A model generated the notes under the pieces. The model ran no database searches. It saw only the letters and a program-made list of their open reading frames with translations, and was not told the DNA's origin. From the NCBI RefSeq assembly GCF_056746865.1, contig NZ_CM163382.1: 64,000 nt of DNA. One strand, 5' to 3'. The translations under genes were made by a program, and so were the position numbers. Positions within the stretch are counted from its first letter, which is position 1. Every line of letters begins with the position of its first letter. This document shows positions 56,581 to 64,000 of this stretch, in pieces.

Positions 56581-56785
56581 CTGTGCTTACTTCTGGTAGT
56601 TACGCCATACTGATTTCCCGATCCCATCTATCCCCATTTCTTTTTCAGTGCGTTTAAGCGACCGTTTCAGGTCTTCTAAATTATCCGGTTGCTTCGGTGG
56701 CCTCTGTGCCTTCCTGGAACATTCCAGTCGTCGCATTGATATTTGACATCCTCCACGCCCTGAAGGACGTGGATTCCTGCTACGT

Positions 56786-57994
56786 TCAGGCTGTCGCCTG
56801 AATCATTTCGGTGGGTTCCTGCTTCAACGGGCGGCCTGACTGCACCATCCCTCCACAGGCAAGAACGGCGTGCCCCGCCGCTAAAATGTTACGAGCGCCG
56901 TTTACATCGGCGTTCGCTGTATATCCACATACCTGGCATCTGAATTGACTTTGTGACAGGCGATTTTCTTTCGCTGTATGACCACAGCACGCGCAACGCT
57001 GGCTTGTGTACGCTGGCGGAACAGCAAGCACCTGACCGCCACACCAGAGCTGCTTGTACTCAAGCTGACGGCGCATTTCATACCAGCCCTGATCCAGTAT
57101 CGAACGGTTTAAACCTGATTTTGCCCGGACATTGCGCCCCGGCTGGCTGACCGTACCCGAGGCTGACTTTGACATGTTGCTGACCTTCAAATCCTCAATG
57201 ACTATCATTGCGTGGTTTTTGCTGATGGTCGTTGTGACTTTGTGAAGGTAGTCCCTGCGGATATTTGCGATACGGGAATGCAGTCGCTGTATTTTGCGTT
57301 TCTGCTTCTGCCAGTTGTTGCTGAATTTAACCTTGCGGCTTAACTGGCGCTGAAGTCTCGCCAGCTTCTTCTGGTTTTTATGAAAACTGTTTACAGGCTC
57401 AAAGACCGTGCCATCTGACAGCGTGGCGAGTTTAGCCACGCCAGCATCCAGCCCGACCATTAATGCTGAAGGGTGAACCGGAGTTGATACTTCACTTTCT
57501 GTCTGAATACTGATGTACCACTTACCGCAGGACTGGCTGACAGTGACATTTTTCACAACACCCGTGACCTGACGGCTGTTCCGGTAGCGCATCCAGCCCA
57601 GTTTCGGCAGAAAAATACGGCTGTTTTCCTGATCGAGCTTAACACCCTGCGGATAGCGGAATGCATCATGCTGTCCCCGCTTTTTGAATCGGGGAAAAGC
57701 GGCACGCTTCTGAAAGAAATTTTTGTAGGCTCGCTCAAGGTCTTTCAGTGACTGCTGCAATGGCTGTGAGGGAGAATCTTTAAGCCATTGCGTTTCAGTA
57801 GCATTTTTCCATTCAACCAGCCAGGAAGTCATCTTTGCATAAGAAATATATTTGTTCCCGGCCTCATGATTCTCATTCTGAAGCGCCAGAGCACGATTGA
57901 AAACGAAACGACATGCGCCCGCGAAGCGCCTCATTTCACGCTCCTGTTTTCCATTTGGTCTTAACTGGAATTTGAAAGCTTGTAGTCGTTTCAT
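56786..57994 (-). CDS. tnpB: TnpB (OrfB), RuvC-like RNA-guided nuclease of IS200/IS605 elements
   Basis: 402-aa ORF; C-terminal zinc-finger cysteines (CACCGH...CQVCGY) and RuvC-like blocks. Confidence 0.85.
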   Translation of the reverse strand: MKRLQAFKFQLRPNGKQEREMRRFAGACRFVFNRALALQNENHEAGNKYISYAKMTSWLVEWKNATETQWLKDSPSQPLQQSLKDLERAYKNFFQKRAAFPRFKKRGQHDAFRYPQGVKLDQENSRIFLPKLGWMRYRNSRQVTGVVKNVTVSQSCGKWYISIQTESEVSTPVHPSALMVGLDAGVAKLATLSDGTVFEPVNSFHKNQKKLARLQRQLSRKVKFSNNWQKQKRKIQRLHSRIANIRRDYLHKVTTTISKNHAMIVIEDLKVSNMSKSASGTVSQPGRNVRAKSGLNRSILDQGWYEMRRQLEYKQLWCGGQVLAVPPAYTSQRCACCGHTAKENRLSQSQFRCQVCGYTANADVNGARNILAAGHAVLACGGMVQSGRPLKQEPTEMIQATA

Positions 57995-58016
57995 ATGCCA
58001 AATTATACTTTGGCCT

Positions 58017-58433
58017 ATGAAAAAAGAAACCGATATCCGACGTGGAAGGCACTGTGTCTTCCTGATGCACGTTCACCTGGTCTTTGTTACCAAGTACCGA
58101 CGCCAGATTTTTGACCATGACGCAATAGAAAAACTACGCACTTACTTTTCAAGTGTATGTGCTGATTTTGAAGCTGAACTGGTTGAAATGGATGGAGAAC
58201 GAGATCACGTTCACCTGCTAATTAACTATCCTCCCAAATTGGCGATATCCACCCTGGTGAACAGTCTCAAGGGCGTATCGAGTAGATTATTGCGACGAGA
58301 TCGACCAGATATTGCAGTCAGGTATTACTACAAAGGCGTTTTATGGAGTCCCAGCTATTTTGCCAGTAGCTGCGGAGGTGCGCCAATATCCATCATCCGC
58401 CAATACATTGAACAACAGCAAACACCTAGTTAG
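58017..58433 (+). CDS. tnpA: IS200/IS605 TnpA, Y1 HuH transposase
   Basis: ORF 57897..58433; preferred ATG at 58017 (MKKETDIRRGRH...); HuH motifs (HVHLVF, HVHLLI) and C-terminal catalytic Tyr region (RQYIEQQ). Confidence 0.85.
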   Translation: MKKETDIRRGRHCVFLMHVHLVFVTKYRRQIFDHDAIEKLRTYFSSVCADFEAELVEMDGERDHVHLLINYPPKLAISTLVNSLKGVSSRLLRRDRPDIAVRYYYKGVLWSPSYFASSCGGAPISIIRQYIEQQQTPS

Positions 58434-58516
58434 GTGGAAAACCGCGCCTTATATCCCCGACCTGAAGGACGGGGCTTTACGGCGCACTGGGTAATTACTC
58501 TGTTCGCTGTTGTGAA

Positions 58517-58942
58517 TTAAAACGGTATCCCGTCCCCGTACGGATCATCGTGCTGGCCTGTCTGTTGCTTTGCCCTGTTCAGTGCATCAGTAGCCTGCCC
58601 CTGCTGGCCTTTTTTGCCGCCCGGTCGCGCCGTTCGCGCACTGATTACGCTGTCTGCGATAACCTGCCATCCCTGCCTCGTTTCGCCGTTCTGGCCCGTC
58701 CACCAGCTCACCTGCATGTTACCGGCCACGCTCACCAGTTCGCCTTTGTGGTGTTTTGCCAGTGCGTCAGCCTGTCTGCCAAACGCCAGGACGGATAACC
58801 ACATCGTCGCCGTTCCGTCATCTGTCTGATTGCATGGAAGGGGGACCGCCATACTCGCCATCGCCATTTGTGTGCCCTTGCTGGTGGTCTTTAACTGCGG
58901 GTCAGCCACCAGCCGCCCGTAAGCTGATATTTGCGCCGTCAT
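58517..58942 (-). CDS. ssb: single-stranded DNA-binding protein (SSB-like), 141 aa
   Basis: OB-fold-like sequence and C-terminal acidic tip ending ...DDPYGDGIPF (compare E. coli SSB ...DDDIPF). Confidence 0.75.
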   Translation of the reverse strand: MTAQISAYGRLVADPQLKTTSKGTQMAMASMAVPLPCNQTDDGTATMWLSVLAFGRQADALAKHHKGELVSVAGNMQVSWWTGQNGETRQGWQVIADSVISARTARPGGKKGQQGQATDALNRAKQQTGQHDDPYGDGIPF

Positions 58943-59001
58943 GCTGTTTGTTCTCCGGTTTTAACGTGATAGTTACGCTTGTTTACACTCTTACAGTGAA
59001 A

Positions 59002-59129
59002 TTTTGCGGGTTACAATCGCACATTTGCGGGTTATAACTGCCGTTTTGCGGGTTACGTGCGGGTTATTAATTTCCTTTTTAATCATTCAGTTAATTAACT
59101 TATGCACAGGATAACCCGCATAACCCGCA
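59002..59129. repeat. iteron cluster B: four direct copies of TTTGCGGGTTA(C/T) plus two inverted copies (ATAACCCGCA), immediately 3' of the primase-helicase gene
   Basis: read directly: ttttgcgggttac ... tttgcgggttat ... tttgcgggttac gtgcgggttat ... ataacccgcataacccgca. Confidence 0.7.
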
Positions 59130-59152
59130 ACTTTTTACCTCACACAGGGAAG

Positions 59153-61279
59153 TTAATCTTCTGCTTCAGGCTGGAACATCAGCACGTAAAAAATATGTTG
59201 CTTCCCGCCAATCCTGCCGAGCGCCTTTTTCTTGTAACGGCGGTCGCCTCCCGCTTCCAGCATTCCGGCTGCACTCAACGCGCGGGCAAAGTGAGACGGA
59301 TTAAATCCCTGTGCTATCTCACCCTCAAACACATGCGGGAACGTGTAAAAACGGAACTCGTCATCTTCGTTTCTGATACTCCCCTTTCTGTATCCGGCAA
59401 GGTCTTTAATCGGTAAATCACGCTCGTCGCTGTTTGGATAGGGAAGGTATCGACTGAACCCGAACGACGACAAAAACGCCTCAGCCTGTTCAACCATCTG
59501 TTTAAACTCCCTGTTCCCCGTGCCGAACTCCTTCACCCAGGCATTAAAATTATGCTGAATGGCATCGCGGCATTCCTGCTCATCCCAGCCAGTAACATGA
59601 CCGGAAAGTACAAGCGCGGCCTCCAGTATGGCGAATCGTTCCCCCACACGGTGAACCTGTTCGCCGTAGCTCTCCGGTATCAGGTTGCGCCACCGCTCGC
59701 GACATGCCCTTACCGCGTCCTTTGCCTCCTGCTGGTGTTCTGCCAGCCATTTAACCCACTCACGACCTGCCGCCCCGTGATTTTCTGTCCAGGCATCTTT
59801 TAACGCGTCTGCGTGCGCCTTTCCGGTGCTGTATTCGTGAAACTGCGAGGCCTTTTCCATCGGCACGTTAAGCAGACGGACAAGCTGCCCCGCTTTAATT
59901 TTTATCCCTTCCGTTTTGAGGAATGTTTCAACGTCCATTTCTCCGGTGCTGATTGCCACCGTGCGCCAGTGTTTTATCTCCCTGTTGCCGCCGTCCTTCG
60001 CCCCCTGTAATTTCCCCGAACCGTTAAACAGCGTATAGGCTGACGTGGACACCTCCCGCGCGTTTCCGGCCTGGCCTATTTCATCCAGGGGTAACAGCCC
60101 GTCATTATGTGCTTCGGCCTCGTTGGCGATACCTAACGCCGTTCCGTACCAGGTCAGCCGTTGCGCGTCCGGCTCTCCCCATAAACTTGATGCAATGTTC
60201 TGTGTGGTGGTTTTACCTGCTGATGATTGCTCAAAAAGATGAACCCCGAAGCCGTCAGCACCCACCAGCCCGATTAATGGTGCAGATAGCGATACCGCCA
60301 CACCCAGCATCATGGACGGATTACCACCAGCCAGCCGTGCCACGGTATCGCGCCAGCCCTCCGCTGTTCCCGCCACGGAATAGCCATTAACAGCGGCAGT
60401 TTTTCCGGTAAACAGGATGGGTTTCTCTGATTCACCGATGATCGAACCATCCGGCATGATGTACGCACCAAAATGCCACCCCGTTGTTGTGCTTAACTGC
60501 CATTCCTCATGGTTTCCGCTTAACTGCATCCAGTCAGCCAGGATAGCCCTGTATTTGCCGTTGGTCGTCACGTTAAGGCCGTGGTCTTTCAGCAACCGCC
60601 AGCCGTCACGGTCACCAATGCCTCCGCACGGGACCGCCATTGTAATGACCTCATGGTTTGCTGGTTTTTTCCAGCGCATCACGCGGTAATGCTCTTTGCC
60701 GATTGTTCCTGTTCCCAGTAGTTCAAGCGGAGAACATAACCACGTCTCAGGCCGGATAATTTCGCCTGACTGCTTGTCCACTTTGGGCGTTACCCAGAAA
60801 ACACCATCGACGCGACTTTCAACACGAGGCTTTAATTCGTCATCATAATTTCCGGTGAAATTTGTCTTCGCCGGAAGGTTGATCACCAGACTGTTACCGC
60901 GTTCCGCATCATACTTCAGTCCAGCCATGCGCGGAGTCCAGTCCTCCGGCTGCTGATCAACAAAGCTGCGGTAGCAACGCGCCTCCTTCACACCCGCCAC
61001 TGCAAGCAGTGTCGCTATCTGTGTAAGGTGCTGCTCTGATATTTCACCAGCACGATAAATGCGCACGTAATAGCGTCCTTTGTCGATGATTTGCGTGTCT
61101 GCCAGACTCGCCAGTTGTTCCGGTCCAAGAATAACTGGATGTGTATCATCTGCCGCAATATGCTTTCCGGCCCATTCGCTCCACTCTTTCGCATGTGCCC
61201 AGGCATCACTACCCGCAAAGATAATCACCTCCGTCATTTTGTCTTTCGGCTGGTGCTTTAAATTCGGTGCGCGTTTCAT
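59153..61279 (-). CDS. replication primase-helicase (P4 alpha-like)
   Basis: 708-aa ORF; helicase Walker A-like (SSAGKTT) and Walker B-like (LLPLDEI) blocks; adjacent iterons; typical of satellite/island replication modules. Confidence 0.8.
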   Translation of the reverse strand: MKRAPNLKHQPKDKMTEVIIFAGSDAWAHAKEWSEWAGKHIAADDTHPVILGPEQLASLADTQIIDKGRYYVRIYRAGEISEQHLTQIATLLAVAGVKEARCYRSFVDQQPEDWTPRMAGLKYDAERGNSLVINLPAKTNFTGNYDDELKPRVESRVDGVFWVTPKVDKQSGEIIRPETWLCSPLELLGTGTIGKEHYRVMRWKKPANHEVITMAVPCGGIGDRDGWRLLKDHGLNVTTNGKYRAILADWMQLSGNHEEWQLSTTTGWHFGAYIMPDGSIIGESEKPILFTGKTAAVNGYSVAGTAEGWRDTVARLAGGNPSMMLGVAVSLSAPLIGLVGADGFGVHLFEQSSAGKTTTQNIASSLWGEPDAQRLTWYGTALGIANEAEAHNDGLLPLDEIGQAGNAREVSTSAYTLFNGSGKLQGAKDGGNREIKHWRTVAISTGEMDVETFLKTEGIKIKAGQLVRLLNVPMEKASQFHEYSTGKAHADALKDAWTENHGAAGREWVKWLAEHQQEAKDAVRACRERWRNLIPESYGEQVHRVGERFAILEAALVLSGHVTGWDEQECRDAIQHNFNAWVKEFGTGNREFKQMVEQAEAFLSSFGFSRYLPYPNSDERDLPIKDLAGYRKGSIRNEDDEFRFYTFPHVFEGEIAQGFNPSHFARALSAAGMLEAGGDRRYKKKALGRIGGKQHIFYVLMFQPEAED

Positions 61280-61578
61280 TTCTTGCCCCTGAATGCGTTA
61301 ATCATGTTCTTTATTACCTGAATATTTGCCCGTGCTTTCTCTTTACTGGTGGGCTTACTGCGTGGTGCTGCACATACCAGTGAAAAATCACGCCGGAACT
61401 GATGAACGGGCATCACACAGTCATAGTCGTACCCTGCGCGGCGGTATGTAATGTGCCGTTCATACACGGAATTAATAACCACGCTGTCGCCATATTTATC
61501 CCGGAAAATATCCCCGATCCTGATTTTCGGATGAGTCTGTCCGCTGGCATTTAAGCCAGTAAATTTAATCTTCTTCAT
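61276..61578 (-). CDS. hypothetical protein (100 aa), translationally coupled to primase-helicase
   Basis: ATG start; stop overlaps downstream start. Confidence 0.55.
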   Translation of the reverse strand: MKKIKFTGLNASGQTHPKIRIGDIFRDKYGDSVVINSVYERHITYRRAGYDYDCVMPVHQFRRDFSLVCAAPRSKPTSKEKARANIQVIKNMINAFRGKK

Positions 61579-61580
61579 GT

Positions 61581-61838
61581 TTATTTCCCGGTGTGAGGTT
61601 CTTCTTTATATTTATGGGCTAACAAATCTGGTAATTGCCTGTATTTATCCTCGGCAATATATTCAGAATAATCGACAGCACTGTTCAGTATATCTAACGC
61701 CGTTTCATGCTCCAGATTCGAAACTATAAGGAACGTTGCTACTTTTAGCATATTCGCGATATGCAAAAGAGCATCAATTTCATTTTTTGGCGCTTCACTG
61801 AATTTTTGCTCCAGAAGAATAAATCGTTCATCACGCAT
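61581..61838 (-). CDS. hypothetical protein (85 aa)
   Basis: ATG start; 2-bp gap to next gene. Confidence 0.55.
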   Translation of the reverse strand: MRDERFILLEQKFSEAPKNEIDALLHIANMLKVATFLIVSNLEHETALDILNSAVDYSEYIAEDKYRQLPDLLAHKYKEEPHTGK

Positions 61839-62034
61839 AGTATTCCCCCTGACGGATGCGGGCAGTAAATACCATCACGCAGCCAGCCGGGGATTGCTGG
61901 CGTGCTTCCTGTTCGCTGGTGGCCACGATGGTAATCACACGCGGTTTTGCGGCGCTCAGGGCGATAAAACGCCAGGCGAATTTATTCAGGTTGTGCGAAT
62001 CCCGCCCTTGCGGGTGTATGGTATGATTTCTCAT
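61831..62034 (-). CDS. hypothetical protein (67 aa), likely first gene of the replication operon
   Basis: internal ATG at 62034 of the 415-aa ORF 61831..63078; stop overlaps next start (ATGCGTGA); the upstream 348 codons overlap the operator and the Arc-like gene and are unlikely to be real. Confidence 0.4.
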   Translation of the reverse strand: MRNHTIHPQGRDSHNLNKFAWRFIALSAAKPRVITIVATSEQEARQQSPAGCVMVFTARIRQGEYYA

Positions 62035-62129
62035 AGCTACCTCGATACTCTCGTTATCGTTGGTGGTTAGAAGCCCTGCGAGTGGTAACGACACTTGCGG
62101 GGCTTTGTTTTTTGTTGCACTTACTGTTA

Positions 62130-62175
62130 ATGTACGTACGTAATATTGATGATAATAGGAGTTACGTACGTACAT
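62130..62175. promoter_or_regulatory. perfect 14-bp inverted repeat ATGTACGTACGTAA (18-bp spacer), putative operator
   Basis: half-sites 62130-62143 and 62162-62175 read directly; overlaps the start codon of the Arc-like gene and sits upstream of the divergent replication operon. Confidence 0.6.
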
Positions 62176-62365
62176 GTCAACATTAAAGCGGGATAAATCA
62201 CCACGCGGCGAGGGATGGTCGCCGACATTCCAGATACGAATTAGCAAAGAACTACGCCAGCAAGTAAACGAGGCAGCAACCGCCGATGGCCTAACCCTCG
62301 GCAATTGGTTTAAAGAATTAGCTCGTGCCGAACTAAAGCGACGCGGCATTGAACCTAAAGGCTGA
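62174..62365 (+). CDS. Arc/Mnt-like ribbon-helix-helix DNA-binding protein (63 aa)
   Basis: ...PTFQIRISKELRQQVNEAATADGLTLGNWFKELARAELKRRG resembles P22 Arc (...PQFNLRWPREVLDLVRKVAEENGRSVNSEIYQRVMESFKKEG); divergent from the minus-strand operon. Confidence 0.6.
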   Translation: MSTLKRDKSPRGEGWSPTFQIRISKELRQQVNEAATADGLTLGNWFKELARAELKRRGIEPKG

Positions 62366-62917
62366 TGTATGACTGAAAAGCAGACCGATAACAAACTTTC
62401 TCTACCAGAGAATAAACCAGCAGGCTTCTTACCAAGAAAAATCCTTGATGAGATCAAACGCCGCCAGCGGCGCAAGGCCAAAGAGCAGGAGTAACCATCA
62501 CCAGCGCCGTGGTGCGGTGAACTGTGGCGCACAGGGTTACAGGTATCTACGATGACTGACAAATCATTAAAGAAATTATCCTCATCCAGGAAAAAACAAC
62601 GCAAAAATGCGGTAAGCGAACAAGAACAGGAAAGATTTGCGCCATGTGCGTTTGTCCTTGAGAAGTTCTTAAAAGAGTACAGGCGCACAAAAATGGAATC
62701 GCATACCTGGAAAACATCGCAGTATGGCGATGCTAAAGAGCAGGAATAGCCCACCAGCAAGCCAGCACACTGATCACATTGCCCACCAGCCGCAAATCTG
62801 GCATTGTTGGCGATGCGTTTGATTTCCTTTGTTCCCACTGGCGACCTATCCCGGTCGCCTTTGTTTTGCCTGTTATCCAGCAACGGGGCGCTTTTTCTTT
62901 CTGTAACGTTCGGATCG

Positions 62918-63475
62918 TTACACATTGCTTTCACCCTCCAGAAAATCAGGCTGATATTTACGCCATAGCGCCCGCTCTTCTCGTTCCAGTGCATCTTTTG
63001 CCTCTTTGCATTGCTGTAACCTGTAACCGCGTTTGCTGGCTTCCTGTTGATATGCAGCCTGACGTTTACTGAAATCATTCAGCATGGCAAACGGAACACC
63101 ATAACCCCCCGTTTTGCGGATTGAAGGAATCACCTCGCGGAATACCCAGTTACTGAAACGGTGCGCAAATGTGCCTGGTGTGGAAGCTTTACGGCTGCGG
63201 GCGATCAGTTTGTAGAAACCTGATTCAGAGACAACATTCCAGCTTCTGGCACCACCACGCTTACCGGAATGACCCTCGGTTAAAGCTAGGGTCATTACCT
63301 CATCGTTATCCAGAACTGAAACGGCATCAGTAACATTGCTGATTTCCAGCGCGGCACACACATCAGCGCCAACAAACCACGGCTCGCCGTTGATACTCAC
63401 TATGCGCACCTGAATGTCATCGAATTTAATGACAGAGATTTCAGTGCGACCGGCATAAAAGACAGGTTTACGCAT
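62918..63475 (-). CDS. Bro-N domain protein (phage antirepressor-like)
   Basis: 185-aa ORF; Bro-N-like N-terminus (...[37 protein letters not shown]...). Confidence 0.7.
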   Translation of the reverse strand: MRKPVFYAGRTEISVIKFDDIQVRIVSINGEPWFVGADVCAALEISNVTDAVSVLDNDEVMTLALTEGHSGKRGGARSWNVVSESGFYKLIARSRKASTPGTFAHRFSNWVFREVIPSIRKTGGYGVPFAMLNDFSKRQAAYQQEASKRGYRLQQCKEAKDALEREERALWRKYQPDFLEGESNV

Positions 63476-63950
63476 GGCTGCTCACCTCCATGCGGCGGGC
63501 TAACCAGCGTTGCGAAAGACGAATTAATTCAGCTTTCCGCTGGTGGTAGTCCTGGCCTAACTCAATCAGCGTGATATTGCTCTGCTCAAGGTAAGAAAGG
63601 TGCTCAAGCTGCAGCGTGCTCATGTGGTCGCGTGGTTCGCCTGTGATGCCGTTCGCCTGCGCCCACTGTTTTGCATTCATGCCACCCAGCACGATACGCG
63701 CCAGCATATTGGCTTCCGTGGTGTAGTGGTGCTGGAGCGTGTTTTTACCCAGTTCAGCCCGGTACGCCTCCAGCGCGGCACACATTGGCTTAAAGTAGCT
63801 GGCTACGGTGATACGGGCTTTCAGTTCCCGGCGTAACGCTGCGGAACGTACAGGCGCTACCTTGTGTAGCTCCTCCTCGCATTTGATGAAGTACTGACGA
63901 ACGGCGCGGCCCTGTTCGGTGCGTTCGATCATTGCCAGTTCTTTCGCCAT
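63468..63950 (-). CDS. hypothetical phage-like regulatory protein (160 aa)
   Basis: ATG-initiated ORF overlapping the Bro-N gene start by 8 bp; no motif I can assign. Confidence 0.5.
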   Translation of the reverse strand: MAKELAMIERTEQGRAVRQYFIKCEEELHKVAPVRSAALRRELKARITVASYFKPMCAALEAYRAELGKNTLQHHYTTEANMLARIVLGGMNAKQWAQANGITGEPRDHMSTLQLEHLSYLEQSNITLIELGQDYHQRKAELIRLSQRWLARRMEVSSHA

Positions 63951-64000
63951 TCCGACACTTAACAGATAGTCTTTACCGGGTCTGCCAGAGTGCTTAATCT

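Larger units (their letters stand above)
56730..58500. mobile_element. IS200/IS605-family element (IS605-type, divergent tnpA and tnpB); boundaries approximate
   Basis: Y1 HuH transposase and TnpB gene pair; similar subterminal hairpins at both ends (ccacg-ccctgaagga-cgtgg at 56753-56772; ccccg-acctgaagga-cgggg at 58455-58474). Confidence 0.7.
47630..64000 (-). mobile_element. phage-satellite-like / prophage-remnant element abutting the truncated cas operon; left boundary approximate, right end beyond window
   Basis: uniformly minus-strand module: regulatory genes (Bro-N, Arc-like), primase-helicase, iteron origin, SSB, cargo operon; second iteron cluster at the cas-proximal edge; AT-rich cargo; no integrase in window. 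Confidence 0.6.

Noticed and set aside
62035-63078. Upstream part of the 415-aa minus-strand ORF 61831..63078
   Set aside because: It runs through the palindromic operator, the Arc-like gene and the Bro-N gene start; only the last 67 codons (from the ATG at 62034) fit the operon structure, and even that call is low confidence

Overview
This window reads as an Escherichia coli chromosomal segment, in reverse orientation relative to the K-12 map. The organism and gene names come from my recollection of E. coli protein sequences and gene order, not from a database search. The first ~16.5 kb is core backbone: truC' - yqcA - gudP - gudX - gudD - barA(-) - rlmD - relA - mazG - pyrG - eno. The rest is backbone interleaved with accessory and mobile DNA: (1) a LemA gene plus three TPM-domain (YgcG-like) paralogs between eno and queE; (2) a 10-repeat type I-E CRISPR array with AT-rich leader, followed by an intact IS2 with 5-bp target-site duplication and a degenerate CRISPR remnant; (3) the ygcE-yqcE / ygcW-ygcU-ygcS-ygcR-ygcQ / ygcP-ygcO-ygcN-queD cluster and cysJIH; (4) an intact hok-family type I toxin gene with IS186 inserted 21 bp past its stop codon, inside a GC-rich palindrome; (5) a type I-E cas operon (cas3, cse1, cse2, cas7e) that breaks off about 24 codons into cas5e; (6) from ~47.6 kb to the window end, a phage-satellite-like or prophage-remnant element. 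That element carries a primase-helicase, two clusters of GCGGGTTA iterons, an SSB, an Arc-like repressor with palindromic operator, a Bro-N protein, an IS200/IS605 element (divergent tnpA/tnpB), and a tightly coupled four-gene operon encoding 68-, 915-, 1129- and 283-aa proteins of unknown function. That operon is my best candidate for an undescribed system. mazEF, which sits between relA and mazG in K-12, is absent. No rRNA or tRNA genes were recognised.
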